Source: Longimicrobiales bacterium (GTDB lineage: Bacteria; Gemmatimonadota; Gemmatimonadetes; Longimicrobiales; Gaopeijiaceae). Taken from it: a stretch of DNA of 64,000 bases. Below the pieces are notes generated by a model that was not told the origin of the DNA, searched no databases, and saw only the letters and a program-made list of their open reading frames with translations. The stretch lies in NCBI GenBank assembly GCA_965238005.1, contig OZ250165.1:2336001-2400000 (forward strand), read 5' to 3'. The translations under genes and the position numbers were made by a program. The number at the start of each line of letters is the position of its first letter. Positions within the stretch are counted from its first letter, which is position 1. Below, piece after piece: positions 39,504-49,734 of this stretch.

Positions 39504-39513
39504 TCAGCCCGAT

Positions 39514-39541
39514 AATGTATTATCCCCGGGTGTCCTGTCAA
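39514..39541 (-). promoter_or_regulatory. sigma70 promoter of groESL
   Basis: TTGACA-16 nt-TACATT immediately upstream of CIRCE. Confidence 0.65.
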
Positions 39542-39604
39542 CTGGACAATCGCGGGAACTCCCAGGTCTTGCGGGTCGTCTACACCTCGGATCGGCAGCC
39601 TCTC

Positions 39605-40381
39605 TCAGCCCCGAATGGTCCGCCCGGCCAGGGCGAGCCCGTAGAGAGTCAGGAAGGGCTCGATGTGGTCCACCGTTTCGGCGTGTGGCCCCACCACCTC
39701 GGCGTAGCCTCCGGTGGCCACGACATAAACGTCGGGGCGTGCCCACTCACGTCGGATGCGCCTCACGATGCCGTCCACGGCGTCCACTGCCGAGTAGAAC
39801 ACACCGCTACGGATGCATTCCTCGGTCCGGCGCCCAATCACTCGTTCGGGAGGACCCAGCTCGACGTTGGGCAGCTTGGCAGTCTTCTTCCCCAGCCACT
39901 CGAGTCCCGCCTGGATGCCCTGGGAAATGACGCCGCCGAGGAAGACGCCGTCAGCGGTGATGCAGTCGAAGGTGGTAGCCGTCCCCAGGTCCACAGCTAT
40001 GGTGTCGCGTCCGTACATCTCTTTTGCGGCCAACGTGTTGACGATCCGGTCGGCGCCGACCGTCAGCGGCTCGTCCACGTCGAGTTCGATCGGGAGAGGG
40101 CTCCGTGCGGTCACAACCACTGGGGGCCCGCTCCCGATCCGCGTCAGGGTGTCGGTGATGATGCCCCTGGCCGATGGGACGACGGATCCCAGAACCGCCA
40201 GATCCAAGTCCTCAGGCGCGAATCCGCGGCTGGCGAGAAGTGTGCGGAGAAGGAGCTCGTACTCGTCTACAGTGCGCGGTACGGTCGTGCTCACACGCCA
40301 GTGGGCCGCCAACTCTAAGCCCTCAGGCTGCACGAGCCCCAGCACCGTCTCGCTGTTTCCCACGTCGATGACCAGTTCCAT
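39605..40381 (-). CDS. coaX: type III pantothenate kinase
   Basis: 'IDVGNSET', 'GADRI', 'VDLGTATTFD'. Confidence 0.96.
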   Translation of the reverse strand: MELVIDVGNSETVLGLVQPEGLELAAHWRVSTTVPRTVDEYELLLRTLLASRGFAPEDLDLAVLGSVVPSARGIITDTLTRIGSGPPVVVTARSPLPIELDVDEPLTVGADRIVNTLAAKEMYGRDTIAVDLGTATTFDCITADGVFLGGVISQGIQAGLEWLGKKTAKLPNVELGPPERVIGRRTEECIRSGVFYSAVDAVDGIVRRIRREWARPDVYVVATGGYAEVVGPHAETVDHIEPFLTLYGLALAGRTIRG

Positions 40382-40396
40382 CTCATTCTCTCCGCG

Positions 40397-41182
40397 TTAG
40401 TATATATCGAGTTCAGCGATACTGACCCCCCCGCCTCGAACCGCGTACCGGATCCCCTCCGCCTCGATCAGCAGGGCCCCGTCATCCGCCACCCCGATGG
40501 CCTGCCCCACCTGCCCCGCGTCTGTACGGACCGTACGCCCTGCCAAAGCATCCCTGTGCTGAAACTCTACGCGCAAGCCCTCATCGAGTCCGTCGGGGAG
40601 GGGCTCGACCAGATTGCGTGCCGCGCCGAGCAGTCCCCCGGCCAACTCGGCTCTCGACACTCCTGAGCACCCGGCTAGTTCCAGGGAGGTCGCCTGATCC
40701 CTCAAAGCGGAGGGAAAATCCTCTTCGCGCTGGCAGATGTTGAGACCCACGCCCACCACTACTGCGGCCGGGCCCACGCCTTCACACAGGATGCCTCCCA
40801 CCTTGCGGCCACTCACGAGAACATCGTTCGGCCACTTGATCTCAGGATGGAGCTCAGGGCACAGGGCCTCGATGGCCCGGGCGGTGGCAAGTCCCACGAG
40901 AATCGGCGTCAGGGCCGGAGCGCCCCCCGCTGGGGGTCGCAGCAGAAAGGAGATCCACAGGCCCAACCCCGTCGGTGATTCCCAGCGTTTTCCAGACCGG
41001 CCGCGCCCAGTCGTCTGGGTCTCGGCGGTCACCACGGTGAAGGCGGCCGCCCCCTCCACCGCCAACTCTCGGACCCGGTCGTTCGTGGAGGGAAGCGTGC
41101 CGTAGGCCTCCAAAACCGGCACGTTCCAGAGGCGCTCCCACACCGCCACCGGCTTGCCCTCCCAGTCGTAGAGACGGTCCAC
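40397..41182 (-). CDS. birA: biotin--protein ligase (no HTH)
   Basis: 'STND', 'QTTGRGRSGKRW.SP', 'KWPNDV', 'KVGGIL'. Confidence 0.95.
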   Translation of the reverse strand: MDRLYDWEGKPVAVWERLWNVPVLEAYGTLPSTNDRVRELAVEGAAAFTVVTAETQTTGRGRSGKRWESPTGLGLWISFLLRPPAGGAPALTPILVGLATARAIEALCPELHPEIKWPNDVLVSGRKVGGILCEGVGPAAVVVGVGLNICQREEDFPSALRDQATSLELAGCSGVSRAELAGGLLGAARNLVEPLPDGLDEGLRVEFQHRDALAGRTVRTDAGQVGQAIGVADDGALLIEAEGIRYAVRGGGVSIAELDIY

Positions 41183-41188
41183 CGAGGA

Positions 41189-41977
41189 TCAACCCACCGA
41201 GACGAGATAGACCAGGAACGCCGCTCCCAGTGCCCAACAGTAGATGCCGAACCGGTGGAACGTCCGTCGCGCCAGAAAGGCCACGAACGCCCGGATCGCC
41301 AGGACACCGGTCACCGCAGCCGTCACCGACGCCAGGATCAGGGCAACGCCTGTGAGGCTCGGTCCCGGATCGGTCGATCCCCAGAGCTGGAGGACCGCGG
41401 CTCCGGCGATCGCCGGAATGGCCATCAAGAACGAGAATGCCGCAGCCTCCTCGGCCTCAACGCCCATCCACAGCGCTGCAACCACGGTCGCTCCCGATCG
41501 CGAGATACCCGGCACCACTGCGAACGCCTGGGTCAGACCGATCACGCCTGCCGCCAATAAGCCCAGGCCCGGCCAACTCTCTCGCCGGAGCGCCCTGCGC
41601 GTGGTCCAGAGCAGGGCGCCCGTGACGAAAAAAGCCACCGCGGGAACGAAGGGGCTCTCGAAGAGCGCCTCTACCGAATCCCTGAAGAACGCTCCCACGA
41701 CCACGACGGGAGCGGTGGCGAGGGCCAGGAAGCCGACGTAGCGCAAGGCGTGGGATTGACCCCTGATGGCGCCGCGGACGAGACCTCGGATGCGGTCGTG
41801 GTAGACCACAACGATGGAGACGAGAGTCGCTGCGTGCACCGCCACCTCGAATTGCACCCCCGGGATCTCAAGGCCCAGCAGGGTCTGGCCCACCACCAGA
41901 TGGCCCGAGCTGGAGACCGGCAGGAACTCCGTAGCCCCCTGGAGGAATCCGAGAAAGACCGCCTCCCAGAAACTCAC
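41189..41977 (-). CDS. uppP: undecaprenyl-diphosphate phosphatase
   Basis: 'QGATEFLPVSSSGH', 'PGISRSGAT'. Confidence 0.96.
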   Translation of the reverse strand: MSFWEAVFLGFLQGATEFLPVSSSGHLVVGQTLLGLEIPGVQFEVAVHAATLVSIVVVYHDRIRGLVRGAIRGQSHALRYVGFLALATAPVVVVGAFFRDSVEALFESPFVPAVAFFVTGALLWTTRRALRRESWPGLGLLAAGVIGLTQAFAVVPGISRSGATVVAALWMGVEAEEAAAFSFLMAIPAIAGAAVLQLWGSTDPGPSLTGVALILASVTAAVTGVLAIRAFVAFLARRTFHRFGIYCWALGAAFLVYLVSVG

Positions 41978-43125
41978 CCGTACGACTCGAAGGTCTGCGG
42001 GTGGGACTTTATCGCCTGCTCGTAGGACGCCTCGTACGCCGGTACCACCAGCTCGGCCGAGAAGCGCTCCACCGCGACGGTCCGACCCGCCTCACCGAAG
42101 GCCATCTGCCGATCCGGGTCGCTCAGGATCTCCAGGGCCCCTTCGGACATTCCATCCACGTCTCCCACGGAGTAGAGGTATCCCGCCTCCCCGTGCGGAA
42201 CCAGCTCCGGCACGCCCCCCACCGACGACGCCACGACCGGCACCCCGGAGGCCATCGCCTCCAAGGCTGCCAGGCCGAAGGACTCGGACCCACTGGGAAG
42301 TAGGAAGAGATCGGCGCACGGGAGCAGCTCCTCCACGGAGTCGTGCTTCCCCAGAAAGACCACACGGTCGCCCACGCCCAGGGCCCGGGCCCTCTCCAGG
42401 GCTCGCGGCCTGTCCGGTCCGTCGCCTACCATGATCAAGCGGGACGGCACTTTCGCGGCCACTCGCCCGAAGATCTCCACCACGTCCCCCACGCGCTTCA
42501 CGGGTCGGAAGTTGGAGACATGCATGACGATCTTTTCCCCCTCCTCTGCCAGCGTCGACCGGTAGCAGGGCTCCTTCGCCGGATCATAGACCTCGGGGTC
42601 GATGAAGTTCGGGATTACTTCGATCCGCTCAGCGGGTACGTTGAAATCACGAACCGTTTCGTCCCGCAGGTACTCGGAGACCGCAGTGATCCCGGTAGAG
42701 CGCAGGATGGAGAAGCGCGTGATCGGTTGGAAGGACGGATGGAGTCCCACCAACGTGATGTCCGTGCCGTGGAGTGTGGTCACCACCGGCACGCCCCCGT
42801 CCCCAAGCATCTCCTGGGCGATCCACGCCGAGGTAGCGTGGGGGATGGCGTAGTGAACGTGAAGCAGGTCGAGGTCGTGGGTCTGAGCCGCGTCGTGGAG
42901 CGCAACCGCCAGCGCCAGCGTGTAGGGAGGGTGCTCAAAGAGCGGGTAGTGCTCCATCTCCACTTCGTGGAAGAAGATCCGCTCGTGAAAGTGCCCCAGG
43001 CGGAACGGCTGTGCGTACGAGACGAAGTGCACTTCGTGCCCTCGCTTCGCGAGCTGTATGCCCAGAGCCGTCGCCACGGCGCCTGAGCCCCCGTACGTGG
43101 GGTAGCATGTGATCCCGATCTTCAT
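41974..43125 (-). CDS. bshA: N-acetyl-alpha-D-glucosaminyl L-malate synthase
   Basis: 'MKIGITCYPTYGGSG', 'HVHYAIPHA', 'TTLHGTDIT', 'HVSNFRPVKR'. Confidence 0.95.
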   Translation of the reverse strand: MKIGITCYPTYGGSGAVATALGIQLAKRGHEVHFVSYAQPFRLGHFHERIFFHEVEMEHYPLFEHPPYTLALAVALHDAAQTHDLDLLHVHYAIPHATSAWIAQEMLGDGGVPVVTTLHGTDITLVGLHPSFQPITRFSILRSTGITAVSEYLRDETVRDFNVPAERIEVIPNFIDPEVYDPAKEPCYRSTLAEEGEKIVMHVSNFRPVKRVGDVVEIFGRVAAKVPSRLIMVGDGPDRPRALERARALGVGDRVVFLGKHDSVEELLPCADLFLLPSGSESFGLAALEAMASGVPVVASSVGGVPELVPHGEAGYLYSVGDVDGMSEGALEILSDPDRQMAFGEAGRTVAVERFSAELVVPAYEASYEQAIKSHPQTFESYG

Positions 43126-43140
43126 TCTCTCACCGCCCCC

Positions 43141-44079
43141 TCATCCCTGTGCCACCGGTGCGAGCGTCCACGCCTCCACCACCTGTGCGGCCTGGTTCGC
43201 CACAGGCTGGAGCGCGTCTATACGAACCATACCGTCGGGCACCTGATGCCTGAACCACGTGAGCTGCCTGCGGGCGTACTTCCGGGTCACCGATCGCATC
43301 CGATCGAGGGCTTCTTCGAGGCTCGTCTCCCCGGTCAGGTACGCGGCGATCTCCCGGTAGCCGGTCCCCGTCATGCCCGGATCGTCGGGCCCGTACCCCT
43401 GCTCCAGCAGCCGCTCCACCTCCGCGACCAACCCCTCTTCCGCCATCCGGGTTACCCTGGCGTCGATCCGTCGGTCCAGTTCCTCCCGGGGCATCTCCAA
43501 GACCACGATCACCCCCTGCAGCGGCTCCTGGTCTGGCGCTCCCTGCTCATGCCACCAGCTCAGCGGACGTCCGGTGAGGAGCGCCACCTCCAGGGTCCTC
43601 CCAAGGCGGTGGGGCCCTCCCTCGGCGGCGATGGCCGCGCGGCCGGGGTCGATCTCCGCTACCCAACGCTCCAGCTCCTCCCTGGGGAAGGTCGTGAGAT
43701 ATCGGCGTAACGCCTCGAGACGATCCTCTTCCATTTCGGGCTGGCGGAACATGGGATCTGTGAGAGCACGGAGGAAGAATCCCGTGCCGCCCACCACCAG
43801 GGGCACGCGCCCCCGAGCACGGATCTCGGAGATCCACGCGCGCGCGTCCCGGCCGAACTGGCCCGCGCTGTAGGTCTCGTTGGGATCTATCCTGTCGAGA
43901 CCGTGATGGGGCACCCGCTCCCAGAGCTCCTGGCTCGCCTTGTCGGTCCCGATGTCCATGCCCCGGTAGACCTGACGGGAGTCCATGCACACGATCTCCG
44001 CGTCGAGGGTGCGGGCCACCTCCATGGAGAGGGCAGTCTTCCCGGATGTGGTGGGTCCAGTGATCGCCAGAAAGTCCAT
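43141..44079 (-). CDS. miaA: tRNA dimethylallyltransferase
   Basis: 'GPTTSGKT', 'DSRQVYRGMDIGT.K', 'YARRQLTWF'. Confidence 0.96.
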   Translation of the reverse strand: MDFLAITGPTTSGKTALSMEVARTLDAEIVCMDSRQVYRGMDIGTDKASQELWERVPHHGLDRIDPNETYSAGQFGRDARAWISEIRARGRVPLVVGGTGFFLRALTDPMFRQPEMEEDRLEALRRYLTTFPREELERWVAEIDPGRAAIAAEGGPHRLGRTLEVALLTGRPLSWWHEQGAPDQEPLQGVIVVLEMPREELDRRIDARVTRMAEEGLVAEVERLLEQGYGPDDPGMTGTGYREIAAYLTGETSLEEALDRMRSVTRKYARRQLTWFRHQVPDGMVRIDALQPVANQAAQVVEAWTLAPVAQG

Positions 44080-44081
44080 TA

Positions 44082-44434
44082 GAGGCCTGTTGAAGAAGTG
44101 GGGCGAGCCGCGTTAGGAGCGCCGACAAGCGCTAGCGCGCTTGTTACCGGCCAGATCCTAGGCGGTGCCCCGAAGGCATAGCAATAGCTACGTCGAGGGG
44201 CGCCAACAACGGAGATGGCCCCGTGCCGCCCTAACCCGAAGGGCGAAGGGGGGTTGCGGGCCCATAGCGCGTCTCTCTTCCTCGCCGTAGCCATGCTACG
44301 CCTCGTCATCGTTCGTTCTTCGCCTTCGGCTCAGGTGTCGCGGGTCCGCGACGTTCTCTGGTCACCGCAAGACCGGGGTACCCGCGCCGAAGGCGTGGGT
44401 CGCGCGGCCGCACCCCACTCCTTCAACAGGCCTC
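44082..44434. mobile_element. MITE with TA duplication between mutL and miaA
   Basis: 22-bp TIR GAGGCCTGTTGAAG(A/G)AGTGGGG (21/22 match). TA at 44080-44081 and 44435-44436. Confidence 0.88.
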
Positions 44435-46203
44435 TACCGTCCGAACTTTCGCTCCAGCTCGTCCTTCCCGAGTCGCACGATGGTGGGACGACCGTGCACG
44501 TCGTGGTATGGAAGCTCGGTGGCGAAGAGCTGATCGAAGAGCTCCTGCATCTCGCGCTCGCTCAGCTTCTGACCGGCCTTGATGGCCCCCTTGCACGCGA
44601 ACATCATGGCGATCTTCTCGTGCTGGTTTTTGGCCGCCCGAGTGAGGTCCGAGCCCTGGACTAGCTCCTCCATCATCTCACGGAAACAGCGTTGCGGGTC
44701 GAAGTACGGATGAGGATCGGGGACGGCATGCACAATGATGGTGTTCCCGCCGAAGCCCTCGACCTCGAAGCCCACGCGGTTGAGCATGCCGGTAAGGGCC
44801 TCGGCCTCCTGGAACTCGGCCTTGGAGAGCCGGACGGTGAGGGGGAAGAGCAGTCGCTGGCCGGTCTGTCCTTCCTCCGCGAAGGCATCCATGAGGCGCT
44901 CGAAGAGGATCCGCTCGTGGGCCGAGTGTTGATCGATGATGATGAGGCCCTCGCGGGTCTCCGCCAGCACGTATGTGTTGAGGACTTGCCAGAGACGCGG
45001 GCACTCCTCCACGAAGGGGGCCGGACTGATCTGTGCCGCTCCGGCCTGGCCCTCCCCGCCTGCCAAGCCCTCCCCCATCTCATCGGCCGACAGGAAGAGG
45101 GCCGTCTGGCTCTCCTCGTCCCGTGGGTCGCGGGACCGCCGCGAGGTCGGACCGGGCTCGTGGACGGACATTCGGGGCGGAGCTAGCTGGGTGTCGAGGG
45201 TTGCCGCGCTCGCCTCGGCGGTGAGGCACCCCCGGACGGCGTCCTCCACAAACGACTCCACAGCGGCGGCCGATCGGAACCGCACTTCCGCCTTGGCCGG
45301 GTGGACGTTCATGTCCACACTCCCGGGTGGCATCTGCAGGTAGAGGAAGACCCACGGCCGCACCTTCTCGGAGATGGTGGTGCGGTACCCCCGATCCACG
45401 GCAGCCATGAGGGGGCGGCTCCGGAAGGGGCGCCCGTTCACGAACAGGTTCGCCCGACGAAGCCCACTCTTGGCAGCATCGGGCCGCTGCACCAGACCAC
45501 GCAGCGACATGCCGTCGGCCTCGGCGGCCAGCTCGACGAGGGTGCTCGCCAGTTCCCTGCCCCAAATGGCGCTCACGCGGGCCGTGAGATCCTTGGCCGG
45601 TGGCAGGTCCAGGAGCACACGCCCATCCGATGTAAGCGTGAAGCCCACCGACGCGTTGGCCAACGCCAAGACTGTGACCGCCTCGCTCACGGCTCGGGTT
45701 TCGACGGCCACCACCTTCAAGAACTTCGAGCGGGCTGGAGCGTTGAAGAACAGGTTTCCGACCTCGACCGTGGTCCCCCGGCGCCTGGGAGCGTCATCGA
45801 CGCCGCTCATGGTCCCGCCCTTCACCCGGATGCGGGTCCCCACCTCATCGTCTCCGTCCTTTGTGTCCAGTGTCATGCGGGACACGGCAGCAATGGACGG
45901 CAGGGCCTCGCCCCGGAAGCCGAAAGTCACGACCGACTGGAGATCGACGGCAGTGCGGATCTTGCTGGTAGCGTGGCGGTCCAGGCAGAGCAGGGCGTCC
46001 TCGCGGGTCATGCCAACGCCATCGTCGGTTACGCGGATGCGGCGCTTGCCCCCCCGCTCCAGAACGATATCGATGCGGGTCCCGCGGGCGTCCAGGGCGT
46101 TCTCGACGAGCTCCTTCACCACAGACGCGGGCCGCTCCACCACCTCCCCGGCAGCGATCTGATTGGCTACGACGTCCGGAAGAACCTCTATGGTGCGCGG
46201 CAT
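44434..46203 (-). CDS. mutL: DNA mismatch repair protein MutL
   Basis: 'IAAGEVVERPASVVKELVEN', 'GFRGEAL', endonuclease motif 'DQHSAHER', 'HGRP'. Confidence 0.98.
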   Translation of the reverse strand: MPRTIEVLPDVVANQIAAGEVVERPASVVKELVENALDARGTRIDIVLERGGKRRIRVTDDGVGMTREDALLCLDRHATSKIRTAVDLQSVVTFGFRGEALPSIAAVSRMTLDTKDGDDEVGTRIRVKGGTMSGVDDAPRRRGTTVEVGNLFFNAPARSKFLKVVAVETRAVSEAVTVLALANASVGFTLTSDGRVLLDLPPAKDLTARVSAIWGRELASTLVELAAEADGMSLRGLVQRPDAAKSGLRRANLFVNGRPFRSRPLMAAVDRGYRTTISEKVRPWVFLYLQMPPGSVDMNVHPAKAEVRFRSAAAVESFVEDAVRGCLTAEASAATLDTQLAPPRMSVHEPGPTSRRSRDPRDEESQTALFLSADEMGEGLAGGEGQAGAAQISPAPFVEECPRLWQVLNTYVLAETREGLIIIDQHSAHERILFERLMDAFAEEGQTGQRLLFPLTVRLSKAEFQEAEALTGMLNRVGFEVEGFGGNTIIVHAVPDPHPYFDPQRCFREMMEELVQGSDLTRAAKNQHEKIAMMFACKGAIKAGQKLSEREMQELFDQLFATELPYHDVHGRPTIVRLGKDELERKFGR

Positions 46204-46213
46204 TTCGATCCCG

Positions 46214-46978
46214 TCATGACTCCAGGGCGTAGAAGCGGGTGGCGTTGGCGGTCGTGGACTCGGCCATCGCCTCGACGCTTTCGCCCCGAATGCCCGCCAT
46301 CACCTCGATCACCTGGGTGACGAAGGCAGGCTCGTTGCGCTTGCCCCGGTGCGGGATGGGGGCCAGGTACGGCGAGTCCGTCTCGGCCAGAATGCGATCA
46401 CCGGGAACCACTCTCACAGCCTCGTGGCCGTCGAACTTGGCAAAGGAGACGATCCCTGAAAAGGACACATGACATCCGACTTCGAGCGCGGCTTCCAGGA
46501 GCCGCATGCTCCCCGTGAAGCAGTGCAGAACCATACCTGTCGAAGGAGGGGCGTTTCGGATCACGGCGATGGTGTCGTCTTCCGCTTCGCGGCTATGGAT
46601 CACCAGCGGCAGACCCAGCTCGCAGGCCAGCCCGAGCTGGTTCTCGAACCATCTCCGCTGGAGCTCCCGAGGCGAGTGATCGTAGAAGTAGTCCAAACCG
46701 GTTTCACCGATGGCTACAACTTCGGGCCGGCTGGTGGCCAGCTCCCGGATCCCCTCCAGGTCGTGGTCTCGCGCCTGCGATACCTCGTGAGGGTGAACTC
46801 CGGCGGTGGACCACATGCCGTCGTGCGCGGCAGCCAGCTCTGCTCCGATGTGGGCGTCTTCGAGATGCGAGGCGATGGTGACGATGCGGGTCACACCGGC
46901 CTGGCGGGCCCTAGTGACGACGGCCGCCCGATCGTCGTCGAAGCGGCCGTCCGTCAGATGGCAGTGGCTGTCGAACAC
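46214..46978 (-). CDS. tatD: TatD family hydrolase
   Basis: 'DSHCHL', 'IGETGLD', 'HSREA', 'HCF', 'ETDSPYLAP'. Confidence 0.95.
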   Translation of the reverse strand: MFDSHCHLTDGRFDDDRAAVVTRARQAGVTRIVTIASHLEDAHIGAELAAAHDGMWSTAGVHPHEVSQARDHDLEGIRELATSRPEVVAIGETGLDYFYDHSPRELQRRWFENQLGLACELGLPLVIHSREAEDDTIAVIRNAPPSTGMVLHCFTGSMRLLEAALEVGCHVSFSGIVSFAKFDGHEAVRVVPGDRILAETDSPYLAPIPHRGKRNEPAFVTQVIEVMAGIRGESVEAMAESTTANATRFYALES

Positions 46979-46988
46979 AGGACACTAC

Positions 46989-47945
46989 CTACACGGTCGC
47001 CGTAGCCCTGCTCTTCTTCCGGTCGCGACGGGCCGACCCGTCGCCGAAGCGCTTCTGGATCTCCAGGAGTGCCGGTGCCGCCACGAAGATGGACGAGTAC
47101 GTCCCGATGACGACCCCCAGTATAAGCACCAGCGTGAAATCACGGATCACCGCGCCACCCGCGAAGAGGAGAGCCAGCAATACGGCCAAAGTCGTCCCGG
47201 AGGTGAGCACCGTGCGCGGAAGCGTCTCGTTGATGGAACGATCGACCAGAGCCACTGGATCCTCACGGCGTCCGCCCTTGGCGTTCAGGTTCTCGCGGAT
47301 CCGATCGAACACCACGATGGTGTCGTTGAGCGAGTACCCCACGATGGTGAGGATCGCGGCCACGGTGGCCAGGGCGATCTCGATCCGGAACAACGCTAGG
47401 AAACCCAAAGCGACCAGGATGTCGTGGATCGTTGCGATGACCGCAGCAAGTCCGAAACGCAGCTCGAACCGGACGGCCAGATAAATGAGCGTCAGGACGA
47501 AGGAGAACAGAATGGCCAACACCGCCTTCTGCTGGAGCTCCCCACCGATCTTGGGCCCCACAGTCTCGGTTCTGACCACGTCGAACATGTTACCCCCGAA
47601 GGCTGCAAGGAGCTGGTCTTCGACCTGCGCCCGCACCACGTCCACCTCCTCCTCACCCAGGGCGGCCCGGATCACGAACTCGTTGTCCTCGCCAAACCGG
47701 GTGATAGGAGGCGCCTGAGAGCCCCCGAGAGCCGCCCGAAGCTGGGCCGCCGTGGCAGGCTCATGGAAGCGGACCTGGATGAGAGATCCGCCGGTGAAGT
47801 CGACGCCGTAGTTCTGCCAGCTGCCTATGGCGAAGATGTTGAAGAACATCCCGACGACCCCTGTGAGGATCACCGCCGCCGACACGATGTAGGCCCTACG
47901 GCGCCACTCGATGAATGAATAGCTCGCCTGGTCGAACAGTCTCAT
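46989..47945 (-). CDS. secF: protein translocase subunit SecF
   Basis: 'GVDFTGG', 'GYSLNDTIVVFDRIRE', 'GTYSSIF'. Confidence 0.97.
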   Translation of the reverse strand: MRLFDQASYSFIEWRRRAYIVSAAVILTGVVGMFFNIFAIGSWQNYGVDFTGGSLIQVRFHEPATAAQLRAALGGSQAPPITRFGEDNEFVIRAALGEEEVDVVRAQVEDQLLAAFGGNMFDVVRTETVGPKIGGELQQKAVLAILFSFVLTLIYLAVRFELRFGLAAVIATIHDILVALGFLALFRIEIALATVAAILTIVGYSLNDTIVVFDRIRENLNAKGGRREDPVALVDRSINETLPRTVLTSGTTLAVLLALLFAGGAVIRDFTLVLILGVVIGTYSSIFVAAPALLEIQKRFGDGSARRDRKKSRATATV

Positions 47946-47955
47946 GGATTCCGTC

Positions 47956-49578
47956 TCAGATGCTGATCGGGTCGGAAGCCTTCTTCCCCGACAGGTATAT
48001 GAGGAAGAGGGTTCTGGTCACGTAAAGGGCCGAGAAAAACGACGCCACGATGCCGATGGACAGCGTCACAGCGAAGCCCCGCACGGGCCCCGTACCGAAC
48101 TGGAAGAGGATGAGCGCCGTGATGAGCGTCGTCAGGTTCGCGTCGACGATGGCCGACAGCGCATGTCCGAAGCCCTCGTCCACCGCCGTGCGCGTCGCCC
48201 GGCCGAGGATAAGTTCCTCACGGATCCGCTCGAAGATCAGGACGTTGGCGTCCACCGCCATTCCCACAGAAAGAATCAGGCCTGCAATCCCCGGAAGGGT
48301 CAGCGTGGCGCCGAGCGCCGCAAGGAGGCCCAGCACCAGCATGGCGTAGACACCCAGAGCCATCACGGCGAAGACGCCTGCCACTTTGTAGTACAGGATC
48401 ATGACCATCACGACCCCCATCATGCCGATGATACCGGCGATCTTGCCCCGGTCGATCGAGTCCTGCCCCAGAGAAGGCCCCACGGTCCGCTCCTCCATGA
48501 TCCGCAGCTTGGCAGGGAGGGCGCCGGCCCGGAGCACGAGCGCCAGGTCCGCCGCCTCGGCGATGTCGGCGTTACCCATCTCGATGACTCCGCTGGCACC
48601 GATGCGATCACGCACCACCGGAGCACTCACGATCTCGTCGTCCAGCACGATGGCGATGAGGTCGCCCACGTGCTGCGTGGTGAACTGCGAGAACCGCCTT
48701 CCCCCGGCCCGGTCGAGCTGGAAGCTGACCTGAGCCTGGTTGAACTGGGGATCCCGCTGGGCTACAGCCGTTTCGAGCTGCTCGCCCGTCATGAAGGCGT
48801 CATCCTCCGTCACATAGAGGCGCCGGTAGGTGCGGGTTCCGACCCCGACGGGATCCGTCTCCCAGTGCAGCGATATGTTCCGGGGCAGAGCGATCTGAAC
48901 CTCGGGCAGCGCGAGGAAACTCTGGGCCGTCTCCACGTCCTCGAGGGCGACCAGGTACGTGCCTTCCAAATCGCCCGAGGCAAGGAGAGCCGTGAACGGC
49001 CTCAAGCTCACCGACTGGTCCTCCTCTTCGGCGGCCTGCTCTCCTTCGGCGCTGGCACTGTCCGCCTGGGTCGAATCGGCGTTGGGGCTCGCGAAGATCA
49101 GATCCTGCAGGTCCCGTGAGGGGCCCTCCGTATCGCGCCCCATCTCGCGGAGCGCGTCCACTCCGAGGGCGGCGACGATCTGCCGGTCGATCCGACTGAG
49201 GGCGGGTTCGAGCTCCGTCACGGGAAGCACGAGCTTGAACTCGAGGAACGCCGACTGCTGGATCAGATTCTTGGCTCGGTTCTCGTCCGCGATGCCCGGC
49301 AGCTCGACGATGATCCGCTCGAAGCCGACCTTCTGAATGAGCGGCTCCTCCACCCCGAATTCGTCGATGCGGGTGCGCAGAATGCGTTCGGCTCGATCGA
49401 TGGCGTCGGAGCGGGCATCGGCCGTCATGGTGCCCTCGGGATCGTCCACCTCGAGAACCAGGTGCATGCCTCCCTGAAGGTCGAGCCCCAGCTTGATCTT
49501 GTCGGTGACGAGGTAGTAGACGCTCAGGCCGACCAACGCCAAAACGACTATGAGCCGGCCTCGTACGGATTTGAACAT
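47956..49578 (-). CDS. secD: protein translocase subunit SecD
   Basis: 'LGLDLQGG', 'GMAVDANVLIFERIREE', 'DANLTT'. Confidence 0.97.
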   Translation of the reverse strand: MFKSVRGRLIVVLALVGLSVYYLVTDKIKLGLDLQGGMHLVLEVDDPEGTMTADARSDAIDRAERILRTRIDEFGVEEPLIQKVGFERIIVELPGIADENRAKNLIQQSAFLEFKLVLPVTELEPALSRIDRQIVAALGVDALREMGRDTEGPSRDLQDLIFASPNADSTQADSASAEGEQAAEEEDQSVSLRPFTALLASGDLEGTYLVALEDVETAQSFLALPEVQIALPRNISLHWETDPVGVGTRTYRRLYVTEDDAFMTGEQLETAVAQRDPQFNQAQVSFQLDRAGGRRFSQFTTQHVGDLIAIVLDDEIVSAPVVRDRIGASGVIEMGNADIAEAADLALVLRAGALPAKLRIMEERTVGPSLGQDSIDRGKIAGIIGMMGVVMVMILYYKVAGVFAVMALGVYAMLVLGLLAALGATLTLPGIAGLILSVGMAVDANVLIFERIREELILGRATRTAVDEGFGHALSAIVDANLTTLITALILFQFGTGPVRGFAVTLSIGIVASFFSALYVTRTLFLIYLSGKKASDPISI

Positions 49579-49734
49579 CTGGGCGGTCAGTCGTTGAATT
49601 GTGGCGATTTCAAAGCCTAGTAAGTTCGTAGGCTCGGGGCACGCCTGTCAATCTACCGACCGACCGCTCACAGGATCCCCTCGGGGGGCCGAAGCCGGGC
49701 GGTCCTCGGCCGGAAATGACGGCTCCGCCCCCGC

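Noticed and set aside
41974..43125. bshA outside Firmicutes as a novelty
   Set aside because: Bacillithiol genes are already known from diverse phyla, so this is ordinary here.
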